A DNA stretch of 63,744 nt, counting the filler, from Reclinomonas americana ATCC 50394 (taxonomy: Eukaryota): NCBI GenBank assembly GCA_048213135.1. It is 9 parts of 5 records of this genome, joined end to end, with 100 filler letters (N's around TTAATTAATTAA, not from the genome) between each part and the next. Parts side by side here need not be neighbours in the genome. Positions count along the whole stretch, not along the records: positions 39,131 to 54,560 come from PS015712.1; positions 54,661 to 57,013 come from PS015714.1; positions 57,114 to 62,465 come from PS015714.1; positions 62,566 to 63,744 come from PS015727.1; 5 more parts are not named here. One strand, written 5' to 3'. This document shows positions 50,023 to 63,744 of this stretch, piece by piece (the stretch's first letter is position 1; each line of letters begins with the position of its first letter). The notes under the pieces were generated by a model. It was not told the origin of the DNA. It worked only from the letters and a program-made list of their open reading frames with translations, and did no database searches. The translations under genes were made by a program, and so were the position numbers.

Positions 50023-53000
50023 CTCGCTCATTCCTTCTCACTCACTTCGCCACCCCTCACAGTGCCTGCGATGCCGGCGGCGCCAGCAGGGAACCCGTAC
50101 GCCACAGCTAGCGGTGTTGCAGCTGTTGGTGGCGGTGGATACTATGGGAGTCCAGCAGTGGGACCGTCGGGGAGCAGTGCTGTAGTGGGTGGCAATCCGT
50201 ACGGGATGCCCATGCCGATGCCCGGCAGCGGTGCGGTGGGCACGGTGGGTGGTGGTGCTGGCGGCATGTACGGTGGTGGTGCTGTGGGAATGACGCCCGG
50301 CGCGCCGACACTAGGCGATGCGCCGATGGGGGGAGTGGAGGTGAGCTGAGAGGGGTAGAAAGGGGAAGGCGGGGGGGGGGGGGGAGGGGGGGAGGAGGAG
50401 GAGGAGGGAGGAGGAGGAGGAGAACGGAAAATGTTACCTTCTGTCTTCGGCACCTCGTAGTTGGCATCCTCTTCTGCTCGTCTCTCCATCTCCTTTATGC
50501 CCCGCGTTTTCAGTCGAGAGGAGTATGTGGAGAAGGAGGAGGAGGAGGAAATGTGTCCTTGTTCTTTACTTCTTTTGTCCTCTTCTTTGTATTCTCTCTC
50601 TCTCTCTCTCTTTCCTTTTTGTTTCAAGTATTTCTTCAAGATAAGAGGAGGATGAAGAGAAGCAGGAGGAGAAAGAGGAGCAAACATTTCCTTCTGTCAT
50701 CGCCTCTACTCTCCTCCTTGTCAAGAACAGCGTGAGAAGAAGGAGAGGAAGAGGAGGAGGAAATGTGCCCTTTCCCTCCATATTCTTTATCTCTCTGTCC
50801 ATCTTGTCCGCATCTCGTGCAAGGGGGTTTCAAGAGAAGATGAGGAGAGGAAGGCAGATGGTTAAGTGCGGTGGAGCTGATGTGAGAAGCAGAATGATGT
50901 CGGAAGGCGTATAATGAGGCGGGAAAGTGAGAAGGAGGGGAGATAGAATGGACAGACGGGAGAAGTGCGTTCGTGCGTGAGTGAGTCAAGATGGCAGAAA
51001 TTGTGAGAGGAGTGCATGCGGCGAAGAAGAAAAAGTACATTTGTTGAATTGTTCGTGTCTCTCTTCGCTTGTTGCTCACCTCCCTCCCTCTCCTCCCACA
51101 CAGATGATGGGCGGTGCACCGGGAATGGACCCCTCGGCACAGATGATGGCCACCGGGTATCCAGCCTCGGGCTCCGCTGACCCCTCAGCCATGTACGGCA
51201 TGTACCCCGACGGTGGCAGCCAAATAATGGCGGATCCGGCGGCCATGATGGACGGCGGATACATGGGTGACTACCAGGATCCGGCCTACACGTCCGAGGC
51301 TGGCGGTGACATGAGTGCGGGTGGTTACATGCCACAGGCGGGTGACGGTAGTGGTGAGTACGGTGCCGCTGGTGGTGCGTCGGCCGAGCCGAGCACGTAC
51401 TATGGCGCCGGAGCACCGATGCCGATGCCGTCGACCAAGGGCGGGTCAGTGTTGCAGGTGTGTCACCCAAGGCAGCAGGCGGAAGGAGGTGGGGAGAGGA
51501 TCTGCTGTGCCTGACTCTCTCTTTTTCTCTGTGTGTAGCATGTTCCACCGGGCATGTTCAGTCCGCAGCCGGCGGCGGCACCGCAGTTTTACGATCCGTC
51601 GCAGATGCAGGTGAATTGTGGGGGGAGGCGAATGGGGGTAGAAGGGGGGAAGGAGGTAGAAGCGCGAGAGTGGAGGGAAAGAGATGTGTGAAAAGAGTTG
51701 ACGACTGCTGGTTTCTTGTTTGGCATTCGTGTGTTGTACTTTCTTTGTCTGCGGGGTCTCGGGAGAAGGAAAAGGACGGAGCATGTATTGGCTGTAGCAT
51801 GTTGTCTCGCAGACGTCCTTTGTACGTGTTTCTGCATGTCTTGGGAGGAAGTGAGAAGAGACGGAGCAAAAGCTGGAAAGAGTTGGTTAGTCGTCTGCTT
51901 TCTTTTTCTGTAGGCCGTGCGAGAAGTGTGAAGAGACGGGACAGGGATTAGAAAGAACTGTGCTTGCTGGAGTTGTTGTTGTGTACCTGGCTGGAGGGTC
52001 AAGGGATAAGAGAGAACGGCCAGCTCAGGGATTGGATTCGTGTGTTGTTCTTTCTTTGTGCGTGCCTGTCTGGGGGTGTTGAGAGAACTGAGAAGAGACG
52101 GACCAGAAGTTGGAAGTGGTAGTCTTGTTCGACACTCTCTTGTCGTTCATTCTCGTGTCATGTTGTGTATGCATGTGTTGGTGACTCGCTTTGCTTGTTC
52201 TCTTCGTGATTGTCTCTTCGGGTGTCTCGTTGCATTGCTTCGTCGGCGCGTGTGTTTCTCTTTCCTCCAATCGCCTCCTGTGTTGCTCACACCGTTTCTT
52301 CGCACAGTACGCTGCCAACCCTCAGCAACCTGCAGGCTATGTTGCGTCGCATGACCCGCCTGTCGTAATCTCTCACTTCTCACCCTGCTCTTCTACCTTA
52401 CAGGCTCCGCAGACATCCATGCCTTCACGTTGCGTCTTTGGAATTGACCTCCCCACTCGTTGTGATCACACGCTCACACTTCCCCGCACGTTGCGCAGCA
52501 CAAATGCTCGACTCGTCGTTCGCGGCGCTGAACTTGAACTCGGCACCGGCCGGCTACCTCCCACAACAGAACATTCAGGCCATGGGCGGCGGACCGTCGC
52601 GTGGCGAGGAGTTCCCGCGCCCACGCGCCAAGAACTACCTGCAAACTGTGCGACAGCCCAACATTTTTGTGCCGCAGCAGCCACTGGATGAGCAGCAGGC
52701 CGCAGTTTCGTCCGGCAACAATCCCTGCCCTCTTCACCCACCCACTGACTGTCGGTGCAGCAAAATCCCTACCACGGACAATGCTTGCCGCACTACATGC
52801 GCATGACGGTGCGCGCCATTCCCAACTCGCAGCAGCTGCTGAACCAATGGTCGCTGCCGTTTGGTCTGATTTGCCAGCCAATGGCGCCGACGCCGCAGGG
52901 CGAGGTGCGTGACTCGCACTGCCAGAGGGCTGGAAAGAGAGAGAGCTGACCTTTTTCTCCCTGTGCAGGCCGCGATTCCTGTGGTGAACTTTGGCAGCGT

Positions 53001-53231
53001 GGGCATTATTCGTTGCCGCCGCTGCCGCACGTACATTAATCCTTTCGTGTCGTTCACCGATCAAGGTCGGCGCTGGCACTGCAATGTGTGCAAGTACTAC
53101 AATGATGGTGAGGCGCGGGAGGGGGGGAGGGGGTGAAAGGAGAAGGAGGAGGAGAGAGGGAAAGATGGGAAGGAGGAGGAACGAGATAGCAGGTACAGGT
53201 CAGGTTAGGAAATGACTTTGTGCACGCGCGC

Positions 53232-53273
<42 letters not shown>

Positions 53274-54359
53274 AAGAGACAGAGGGAGGAGAGAGATAGC
53301 AGGAACAAGTCAGGTGAAGTGACTCTTTGTGAGTTTGTGAGAATGAGCGAGAGAGAACGAGCGAGCGAGTAGAAGAATGTGTCTCTGAATAAGCTCGTCG
53401 TGGAGTTCGATACACACGTGTGTGTGTGTGAGAGAGAGAGGGAGGGAGGCAGGGAGAGAAACTGTGTAAGTGTGAGACATTGTGGGTTCGCTGTGCGCAA
53501 GAGTATATATGTGTGTGTGAGAGAGAGAACAAGCGAGCGAGTGGAAGCAAGCGTCTGTGCATAAGCACGTTGTGAAATTTGATGTATACACGTTGTGTGT
53601 ATGTGTGTGTAAGCGAGAGAGGAAGGGACACAGAACTGTGTGAGACATCGTGTGGGAGTGTGTGTGTGTGTCTGTCTCCTTGCTCTCGCTCTCTCTTTCT
53701 TTATCGCACTCTCTCTCTCTCTCTCTTTAATGTGAGAGCGCGATGGAGAAATGAGAGGAACTTGAGAATATTATGAGGAACGCAAAGGATTACCAACTCA
53801 CCGGTCTCTCTCCCCCGCTTTCCACCCACAGTGCCCCCTGGCTACTACTCTCCGCTGGACGTCTCTGGCCGCCGCAAGGACATTTTGCAGCGACCAGAGC
53901 TGCTGTCGGGCAGTTGCGAGTTTGTGGCCAATGACGACTACATGGTGCGACCACCACAGCCGCCTGTGTATGTGTTTGTGCTGGATGTGTCGGCGAACTC
54001 GATTCAGACTGGTGCGTCGGCGTTAGGTCATCTTCGCTTCTCTCCCATACTCACTACTTCTCTTTCACAGGCTTCTTCCAAGAAGCAATTCGAACGATTC
54101 GCGAGTGCGTGCAAAAGTTGGCCGACGACGAGCGCACGTTGGTGGGTTTCGTGACGTTTGACAACACGGTGCAATTGTACCACTTGAAGGTGCGGGCGAG
54201 TGCTGAGTGTTAGCATCCATTTTGTTTGGCTAATGGAGCGTTTGAGCACACAGAAAAACGCCAGTCGACCGCACATGATTACACTGCCGGAGACGAGGGA
54301 GATTTTCCTGCCGTCGCCCGACGAGATGCTCATTCGGCTGCAGGATCAATTGGATCAAG
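48828..54359 (+). CDS. SEC24: COPII coat subunit Sec24 (A/B-like), 3'-truncated at a gap
   Basis: G/P/Y-rich N-terminus, [18 protein letters not shown], zinc finger [51 protein letters not shown]. Confidence 0.92.
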
Positions 54360-54715
54360 GTGGGGAGAGGGAAAGCGATATTGGGGGAAAGGGGGATTGA
54401 GGGAAAGGGAGGACAGGAGGGAAAGAGAGAGGGGAGGGTGATACGCGGAGAAGGGGAGGGAGAGGTGGGAATGGGAAAGGAACAGAGAGAGGGAGTGGGG
54501 GAGTGTGTGTGATAAGAGGGAAAGAGATATTGGGGGAAAGGGGGATAAGAGGGAAAGAGANNNNNNNNNNNNNNNNNNNNNNNNNNNNNNNNNNNNNNNN
54601 NNNNTTAATTAATTAANNNNNNNNNNNNNNNNNNNNNNNNNNNNNNNNNNNNNNNNNNNNGAGAGAGAGAGAGAGAGAGAGAGAGAGTGCGTGTGAGGAT
54701 TTGTGTGGACGCAAC

Positions 54716-55693
54716 GGTCCAATGTCGAGCGTGTACGAGTGGCCCTTGGCGTTCTGTGATGGGGAATGAGGCGAGGGAGAGGGAGAGCAAGAGAAAAAAG
54801 AATGCGGAGAACAGAGGAGACAGGGAAGCGGCGGCGGAGAACAAGAAAAAGAGAAGAGAGGAAGAGACAGAAAGGGAGAGCGAGTGACGGAGAGTGAGAG
54901 AAAGACAGAATGAGAGACAGAGGAACGACAACAGAGGGAGAGATGAAGGGGAGAGAGAATACCAGAAAGGCGCAGAAAACGAGGAATGAACACACTCTCG
55001 ATGGGCATTTGCAATGCAGGCAAACGAGAAGGAGGGAAGGAGAAACACACGAACAAGTGCGAAATGGTAGCTGAGGCATCACACTCACGAGGAGAATGAA
55101 TTGAAATGGAACAGGGAGGAGGCAGTTTACATGAGAATGAGAACAGTGAAAAGCCAGAGGACAAGATCAGAAGCAGAATGAGGAAGCAAAGAGAATGGGG
55201 GTGGCCTGATTGCAGCGAGTCGCAGCGCACAAACCTCTTGCTGAATAAAGGCCAAATTGTCACGGAAAATCGCAAATCGGCGCTCGTGCTCCTCGGGCGT
55301 GTCGTAGCGCTTCGAGTGCTGCTGGAGCCAGTTCACCCAGACGTTGGAGACCTGCAAAAAAAAAAACAGAAAGTGAGTGACTACTTGGGAGAGCAGTGAA
55401 GAAGCTGAGAGAAACAGACAAAGGGAGAGAAAGAGAGACAGGAAGGGTCAGAGAGGGAGAGAGAAGGAGAAGAAAGACGGAGAAGTGAAAGAAGCCAGCG
55501 GGCAAGAGAGAAAGCGCGGGGAAATCTGCATGTTCGGAAATAAGAAACAAAGAGTGAGTGAGAGAACAGAGGATGAGTGAGAGAGACAGAGACACCAACA
55601 CATGGGGTGAGAGAAAGGTGAGAAGAAGACAGAGAAAGCGCGGGGAAATGCACATATTCGGAAATAAGAAAGAGAGTGAGCGAGAGATTAGAG

Positions 55694-55737
<44 letters not shown>

Positions 55738-55740
55738 TGA

Positions 55741-55780
<40 letters not shown>

Positions 55781-56365
55781 NNNNNNNNNNNNNNNNNNNN
55801 NNNNNNNNNNNNNNNNNNNNNNNNNNNNNNNNNNNNNNNNNNNNNNNNNNNNNNNNNNNNNNNNNNNNNNNNNNNNNNNNNNNNNNNNNNNNNNNNNNNN
55901 NNNNNNNNNNNNNNNNNNNNNNNNNNNNNNNNNNNNNNNNNNNNNNNNNNNNNNNNNNNNNNNNNNNNNNNNNNNNNNNNNNNNNNNNNNNNNNNNNNNN
56001 NNNNNNNNNNNNNNNNNNNNNNNNNNNNNNNNNNNNNNNNNNNNNNNNNNNNNNNNNNNNNNNNNNNNNNNNNNNNNNNNNNNNNNNNNNNNNNNNNNNN
56101 NNNNNNNNNNNNNNNNNNNNNNNNNNNNNNNNNNNNNNNNNNNNNNNNNNNNNNNNNNNNNNNNNNNNNNNNNNNNNNNNNNNNNNNNNNNNNNNNNNNN
56201 NNNNNNNNNNNNNNNNNNNNNNNNNNNNNNNNNNNNNNNNNNNNNNNNNNNNNNNNNNNNNNNNNNNNNNNNNNNNNNNNNNNNNNNNNNNNNNNNNNNN
56301 NNNNNNNNNNNNNNNNNNNNNNNNNNNNNNGTACGAGAGTAGAGTACGAAGTAGAGAGAGTAGAG

Positions 56366-56440
<75 letters not shown>

Positions 56441-56445
56441 CGTGA

Positions 56446-56479
<34 letters not shown>

Positions 56480-56725
56480 CAGAGAGAAGGGGATGCGAGA
56501 GAAGAGAAGAATTGGGAGAAAGCGCGGGGAAATGTGCTTGTTTTGACGCGAGGTTGCCTTTGAGTGCGTATTGGTCAGCAAGAGAGGGAGAGCATGCGAG
56601 GGCGAGTGTGCATGTGTGTGAGAGTGAGTGAGAGAATGAGAGTGATTGGGTGTTCGAATATCGAGATCGCTCAGTCTCTCTCTTCCTTCGCATCCTTCTC
56701 ACTCTCCCTCCTCCCCTCCCTTTGC

Positions 56726-56768
<43 letters not shown>

Positions 56769-56892
56769 TCTCATCATGACAACACACCTCCACCTCATCC
56801 GTCGCTCGCGCAGCCTGATTGTCTTGCAGCAGCACAGCATGCACGCTGGACACAAGAAGCACTGCCACGAAAACACAAACCACAAACTTCAT
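54716..56892 (-). CDS. Papain-family (C1A) cysteine protease: signal peptide and I29 propeptide only, truncated at a gap
   Basis: MKFVVCVFVAVLLVSSVHA; WLQQHSKRYDTPEEHERRFAIFRDNLAFI (ERFNIN-type motif); NAKGHSYTL. Confidence 0.8.
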
Positions 56893-57127
56893 CTCAAACA
56901 CGAAGAAAAAGCAGCTTCTCGCACTCGGTTTCTAGACAACATTGCCCTACAGTCCATCTACATAATTGAAAACGCAACAACACGGCAACAACAAGAACAA
57001 CAACTTTATTAATNNNNNNNNNNNNNNNNNNNNNNNNNNNNNNNNNNNNNNNNNNNNTTAATTAATTAANNNNNNNNNNNNNNNNNNNNNNNNNNNNNNN
57101 NNNNNNNNNNNNNCGAGCGCCGGCGAT

Positions 57128-57625
57128 TCTGCAAGAGAAACCACGGCTCATGACAAGCATAAAAAAGGAATGCATAATGATGGCAAAAAAGTGTTGGTGT
57201 CAGAACACACAAGGAATTCCAACAAAGCCAGGCATCAGTTGAGTGGTTGCAGTTGTCGCCGATGATGGTGTTGCTCACGGGCCTTGTCACTGACACCAAC
57301 AACAACTTTACTAACCCAAACAGCAACACAGCTGCATGAGGATCAGCATGTTGAGTGAGCACCGGAAACTCAGACATCACGAGAAAAGCGAGAAAACGTC
57401 GAGATGGCTAATGCTGGCGTTTCTGCAAGAGAACCACGGCTCATGACAAGCATGGATTTGACGCCGAATTCCACAAAGGAAACGAGAAAGATAGCAAGAG
57501 TTGTTGGTGTCAGAACACATAGGGAAAACCAACAAAGCCAGGCAACGTTGATGTGCAAGGAATTCGAAAGTCCGGGAAGGAGCTGAGGTGTAGGTCGAGT
57601 GGTTGTCGCTGATGATGGTGTTGCG
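57128..57625. repeat. Imperfect tandem duplication, ~290-350 bp period
   Basis: ttctgcaagaga(a)accacggctcatgacaagcat at 57128 and 57421; gttggtgtcagaacaca..ccaacaaagccaggca at ~57192 and ~57503. Confidence 0.8.
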
Positions 57626-57891
57626 GGAGTTGTCACTGCCGCCTGTTGATCCTGGCAACGGCACCGCAATGCGCCGACCAGATGTAATGGTCGTGGCGCG
57701 CAGCGCGATCCGTGTCGTCACTGTTTCGACGCTCCTGAGATGAATGGCCATACACCAACATGGCCACGTTTCGAGACGATGCCACCAGAGAGCCGAACGC
57801 GAGTGCATAGTCGCCATAATTTGCAAACAAAACAGCAAACTCATCTTGTATAAAAGAAATGGGTCTCATCACCCCCTTCCCCTCCTCCCTA

Positions 57892-60800
57892 TCATGTCGC
57901 CCCACCAGTGGAAAAATGATACGGCGACGACGACATTGCATGCCGTGACATGCGCAACGGACTGCTGCTGCTGCTGCTGCCACCGGCATGCTGGAACGTG
58001 GACGACGGATACGCTGGCGGCTTGCTGTTTCCACCTCCGATACCACCAAACGCCGGCGACGAAAACGTGCTGCCGATGCTGCTGCTCAGCAGCGACGTGC
58101 CAATGCTGGCCGGCGGTGGCGACGACGGCACCGCACTGGCCGCCGCCGTCAGCGGTGCCGACTCGGCACGAATGCGATCCAACAGGCGACGCGCGTCGTG
58201 TGCGTCGGCGTCGCGCTTGTACTCCAGCTCGCGGACCAGCGTGATCAGCGACTCGACCTTGGCGCTGAATGTGCGCATGTCGTAGCCGAGGTGATCCGAC
58301 GAGGTCAGCGAGTGATTGACGCCGTCGAGCAGCGACGAGCACTGCTCCAGCAGCGCTTGCACACGAATGCGACCTTCGGAGACGAGGTGGGCGAGGCGGT
58401 CGCACAGGTCGGCCAGCGTGCGGTAGCTCGCTGGTGGGGTCTCGAGGAGTTTCTTCATCATGGTGTACTGCGAAGGGAGGGGAAGGGAGGAAGTGAGAAG
58501 GGAGGGTGGAGAGAAGAGGGAAGGAAGAAGCAAGAATTGTAATGGACAAGGATTGAAGCAAAGAGAATAATAAACAGTCAAAGAAAGCACAGAGAAACAA
58601 CGAGGAAACCAGGAGAGAGATAAACAAGGAGGTAAAATGAAGTAAGCGGAGATTGTGGGCGCGAAGGCGCGAGTGACATGCATCCAGGTGCACGCTAATC
58701 ACACTGACACGCCGCTGGAGATCACATACATGTTAAACATGAGCGCCAACGAGTGACAGAGAAGGAGTTCNNNNNNNNNNNNNNNNNNNNNNNNNNNNNN
58801 NNNNNNNNNNNNNNNNNNNNNNNNNNNNNNNNNNNNNNNNNNNNNNNNNNNNNNNNNNNNNNNNNNNNNNNNNNNNNNNNNNNNNNNNNNNNNNNNNNNN
58901 NNNNNNNNNNNNNNNNNNNNNNNNNNNNNNNNNNNNNNNNNNNNNNNNNNNNNNNNNNNNNNNNNNNNNNNNNNNNNNNNNNNNNNNNNNNNNNNNNNNN
59001 NNNNNNNNNNNNNNNNNNNNNNNNNNNNNNNNNNNNNNNNNNNNNNNNNNNNNNNNNNNNNNNNNNNNNNNNNNNNNNNNNNNNNNNNNNNNNNNNNNNN
59101 NNNNNNNNNNNNNNNNNNNNNNNNNNNNNNNNNNNNNNNNNNNNNNNNNNNNNNNNNNNNNNNNNNNNNNNNNNNNNNNNNNNNNNNNNNNNNNNNNNNN
59201 NNNNNNNNNNNNNNNNNNNNNNNNNNNNNNNNNNNNNNNNNNNNNNNNNNNNNAAGACAAGGGGGACAGAAACACAAGAGAAAAAAACACGACGACACAG
59301 AAAATGGAAAACCAAGAAAGAGTCAACGGGATTGCACGATGAACATCTCTGACATCCTTTCTCCTCGCACCCCATCCACCCTTCTTCCCCCTCCCCACTC
59401 ACCTCCTTCTTCAACGACTGATACTTCCCGTTGTGCCCATTGATGATCCCGCGCTTCTCCTCCAACTCCAATATCAACAACCGGTTGTTCTCAGCCAGCG
59501 TCGCCAGTCGGCGTTCCAATTCACCCACCATCTGCATCTTCGCGTAAGCATCCATTTCTCACCCTTTTCCCTTCTCTCCTCCTCACACGCACCGACAATC
59601 GCCCCTCCACCTCATCCCGTGTCCGCTGGTGTGCCAATCGCTCTGCATCAAGCCGTATCGCCAGCTCTCTGCGACAACCAATAAGTCCTTGATCAAACGA
59701 AGCCGGTCCATGTCCCTCTCAATCGCTTCATCTCCATCTCATCTCTCCCTGCCGTAGTTCGCTCCTCTTGTTGACCATTACCTTGCAGCCTCTCTCCGTC
59801 TCTCCCTCTCTTGCACTCTCGATCACTCACATTCCCCCTTTCCTCTTCACCCAAGAACACGCAACTTGAGTTCCAGCTGCAGCTCCTCCTCACGCCTCGT
59901 TCCCGTCGTAGTCAAGTGGTGTGCTAGCTGGTCGCGCTCTCCACGCAGTCGCTTTGTCGTTTTCTATTGAATGACAAGAATGGTGAGGGCAAGTCACCTG
60001 ACAACTCCCTCCAACCATCACGAACCTCCATCTCCTGCAATCGACTCCTCGTCTCCGGCACAGATCTCCCCATTCGCCGTGCCAGCTCGGTCAACCTCCT
60101 ATGCTGATCGTTGATCTTGGACTGCATTCGCCTGGGCGCACAGAGGAAAGAGATTAGAAACGGACTCGAACATCAAATCACGTTCAGAACAAATTCTCGT
60201 GCTCTCTCTCTCTCTCTCTCGTTTCTCTTACCCCTCTAACAAACAACAATTCATTCATCAAAACACAAGCAACAGCTGTCTTGATGATCAAGTCCAACCA
60301 TGTCCACAACAACACGAACACCAATCTTGAGGGCAGCAGCAGGTTTTCTCTCATTCACTCAATATGTGTGTTTTCTCGTCCTACAACAAGAATTCCCAAA
60401 GCTGTGCACAAATTCTTCACGTGCTCACAAAGTCTCAGTCGGCAGCCGTCGCTGCCATGCATCACTCTCAGAAGCGACTCGAAACTCCACACACACTTTT
60501 CGCCGTCAACGTAATCTCCACCTCTATCTACTCTCCCTCCCTCCCTTCTCTAATGGTGTGCAGCTAGCGGGTAGGAGCACTTGAGACGAAGTAGAACACT
60601 CGAAAGCGAGAAGGAGAGGTACGAGGAGACAAGAATGAAGAGATCCTCGAAAGGAAGAGGAACGAGAGAACAGAGAGCAAGAGAGAACGGGAGAAGGAGG
60701 GGAAGGGACAGGGAGCGACAGTGGGGGAAAGAAGAGAAACAAGAAACAAGCGGAAAGCCAAGGAGGAGAGAACAACAGAAGACGAGAAAGTGAGAACAAC

Positions 60801-62369
60801 AGAAGACGGGAAATCCCTATCCGTGTGCCAGGAGTATGACTGCAAGCTCGCGTCCGCTCCCAGCAATACGTTTCCCTTCCATCAAAAAGACTCCTCTGCA
60901 TCCAAATCCGACCTCTGTCTCACTCACAGTCACAACTTGTCTGCTTCAGCGCCCATAACCTGTTGAACAACATTTCTGCAAGGAAAAGCCACATATTCGC
61001 ACCAACTGCACTCCCCTAACCCAAAGTCCTGCCGATCTTCCCCGCTCTCTCTCTCTCTCTTTTCACTCATTGCTTTCTCCCATTCCCTTTCCCTTCTCCC
61101 CCCTTCCCCCTTCCCCTCCAGCCCCCTTTCCCTTCTTCCCCTTCCCCTTTCCCTTCTTCCCCCTTCCCCCTTTCCACGCAACTCCACCACCTGCACCCAC
61201 GACCCCTGCAACGCCCTCACCCCCTCATCCAACGTCCTCGTCGCACTCGACAAATCCCGCAACCTCTCCGCCAACCGACTGCGCACCTCCTCGTACATCA
61301 TGTTCGGCGAGGTGGCACTCTGCTCGCCCGCAAACTGCAACTGATGCAACAGGAACGCCATATCACTGCCGCGCCGCTGCACCTCCGACCGCGCCTCCTC
61401 CAGCGCCTTCTCCGCCGCAATCCTCCTCTCCACCTCCTGCTCCAGCACCGCCCGCGCCTGCTGTTGCACCTGCAGGAGCGTCTGCTGCGCCTGCACCAGC
61501 TGCGTGCTGATGATTTCGTTCTGCGAGTCAATCTCGTCGGCCCGCCGCGACATGCGCTCCGAGATGCGCTGCTCCTCGGTGAGGCGCTACACAAGGAAAG
61601 ATTAATCGCCGCTTAATAGAGGAGTGAAATAGGAGGTGACTCACCGCCTTGTCCTCCGCAAACCGCCGCAGCTGTGCGCGCAACTCGCGCACCTCGCCGC
61701 GCAGCTTCTCCTCCTCGTGCGCCGCCGCCGCCAGTCGACTCTCCAGCTCGGATCGCGAGTCCTCGCTCTGCCGCAACGACGAAATCGCCTGCGAGTTGGC
61801 CTGCTCCACCGACTGCAGCACCGACTGCGTGCTGCGCGCGCGCAACAGCTGCTCCGACAGCAGCGCACATTCGCGCTCCAGCGCCTCGGTGCGACTCACC
61901 CGCGATCGCAACTGCTCGACCTCCGTGCGCAACGTCGAGGTCTCCTGCACGCGCAACTCGTAGCGCCGCTCCCATTCTGCGGCATCGGCTGTGGCGGCGG
62001 AGGAGGAGGAGGAGGTGCCGTCTCCAGCGGCCGCCAGTCTCTGCGTCAGCTGCGCGATTTCGGTCTGCATGCGCTCGATCGCCGCGCGGGCCTTGACCAG
62101 GAGCTCGCCGCGCATGGCCAGTTCGCGGTCGCGTTCTTCGAGTTGGACTTTGAGCTCGACGACCTACAAAGGGGAAGGAGAAGGGGGGAGGAGGGAGGGG
62201 AAGAGGGGATGAGAGACAGCAAGCAACAGTGATTGCACGACTCTCTCACCTCCTTCTCCGCAGCGCCAAACGCCGATCGCCCTCCATCGCGCAGCTTCGA
62301 CAGCTGCTCCTCCAGGTAAAAGCACTTCATCTTGAGCGAGAAGTTGGCCTTTTCCAGACGATCGATGGT
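57892..62369 (-). CDS. Centrosomin/CDK5RAP2/Mto1-like coiled-coil protein with a CM1 (Cnn_1N, gamma-TuNA) motif; both ends uncertain
   Basis: TIDRLEKANFSLKMKCFYLEEQL resembles the CM1 consensus (I..L.KENF.LKL.I.FLEE.L), followed by many long coiled-coil exons. Confidence 0.75.
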
Positions 62370-63432
62370 CTGCACAGGGGAGAGAGAGGGAGAGAGAGGT
62401 GAGGGAAGGGAGGGAGGGGAGGGAAGGAAGGAGTGGAAGGAGGGAGCGAGGGAAGGAGTGCAAGGNNNNNNNNNNNNNNNNNNNNNNNNNNNNNNNNNNN
62501 NNNNNNNNNTTAATTAATTAANNNNNNNNNNNNNNNNNNNNNNNNNNNNNNNNNNNNNNNNNNNNGGTGAGGGAAGAGGGAGAGAGGGAGGGAGAGGGGG
62601 AGGGAGAGAGGCAGAGACAGACACACACAGCGCGAGGAGGAGAGAGCAGCGAGATAGAGCAGACAGCGTGGAACAGACTAACGCGCGCACAGACACACGA
62701 GGAAACATGAAGGCACACGCACATACACACGCGCAAAGTGAGACAGATCGAGTAGAGGATGACACACAAACGCACGCACAGACAGGAGGAAACATGAAAG
62801 GCACACGAGCAAACACACGCGCACGCAAAGGGAGACAGATCGAGCAGATGGCGTGGAACAGACTAACGCACGCACGAAGGCGAGGAAACACAAAGACACA
62901 CGCAAACACAGGCACATAAGAGGGAAATTGAGTAGAGGGCGGGGACAGACTCACGCACACACGAACAATCAGAAGAAAACACACAAGCACACACACAGAG
63001 AGAGACACACGAGAGAGGGGACGCACGCATGAACAACAAAAGGAAACACACAAGCACGCGCACAGAGAGAGACGCGAGAGAGAGATATCGCAGAGAGCTG
63101 GTGACTGACCAATCACACAGCGAAACAGAGACACACGTGTACAAAGAGAGAGAGAGAGATGGATTGGATGTCGAGGGGCAGACTATCGCACGCACATGAA
63201 ACGTGCACAAAGCGAGATTGTACGATCTTCCAGCAAAAGCAGCAAGCTGCATTGCTTCTATACCTCTGCGAAATACATAACAGACTCCAATACTTTCTCC
63301 CCTCCTTCTGTTTTCCGACTTCAGAAGCTCTCCAGAAGCTCTCCTTCCTCGACCTCCACTCGTCTCTCACAGATCTCATTCTTTGACTCCTCTCCTTTCC
63401 TCCCCTCACTTCTCCCTCTATCGCTACGCAAC

Positions 63433-63561
63433 ATTCCACCGAGTTGAAACGAATGGCCAGCGTCTCCGGCTTGAGCTCCTCATCGGCAAAATCAGCCAGC
63501 GTCGTCCACACCCATGACTTGTCGCTGCCGACATTCGGCGTCAACTTCATCTCGCGGGTGA
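63433..63561 (-). CDS. Internal exon of a Ran-binding domain (RanBP1-like)
   Basis: [34 protein letters not shown]. Confidence 0.88.
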
Positions 63562-63631
63562 CTGCAGAGCGAGTGAGTGAGCCAAGAGAGAGAAGAGAGG
63601 AGAGAGAGAGAGCAAGAGAGAAGAGAGAGAC

Positions 63632-63678
<47 letters not shown>

Positions 63679-63744
63679 CAGAGAGAGAGAGAGAGAGAGA
63701 GAAGAGAGAGAGAGGAGAGAGACGCGACGACGAGAGAGAGAGAG

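Noticed and set aside
54360..54716. Convergent SEC24 and C1A protease both appear truncated
   Set aside because: Both break at the same linker gap, so missing sequence is more likely than pseudogenisation

Overview
Eukaryotic (protist-like) draft genomic DNA, GC-rich and intron-dense, in the standard genetic code (TAA, TGA and TAG are all used as stops). Most introns are 60-85 nt with a CTGAC/CTCAC/CTAAC branch point and YAG acceptor; some are expanded by (GA)n/(CT)n/(CA)n microsatellites. The scaffold contains N-gaps and artificial TTAATTAATTAA contig linkers. Genes reconstructed by eye, in order: 3' end of an unknown gene, ORC1 (with an N-terminal homeodomain-like module), NUP35/53, GNL1-like GTPase, PITAIRE-type CDK, adenosine kinase, plant/bacterial-type glutaminyl cyclase, SUN-domain protein, unknown multi-TM protein, SKP1-like, NADH-cytochrome b5 reductase, TM-RING protein, class II HDAC with a Tudor-like tail, large L-type lectin protein, WEE1, SEC24 (partial), papain-family protease (partial), centrosomin/CM1 coiled-coil protein and a Ran-binding-domain exon. 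Most striking: (1) a very frequent +1-shifted 5' splice-site class GT-T-GCG / GT-T-GAG beside ordinary GTGCG/GTGAG, plus GC-AG introns; (2) a homeodomain-like module fused to ORC1; (3) splice acceptors just upstream of many start codons together with 56-90 bp intergenic spacing; (4) a SUN luminal heptad repeat carrying 11 N-glycosylation sequons. Exon boundaries are manual and approximate, and no database searches were run.
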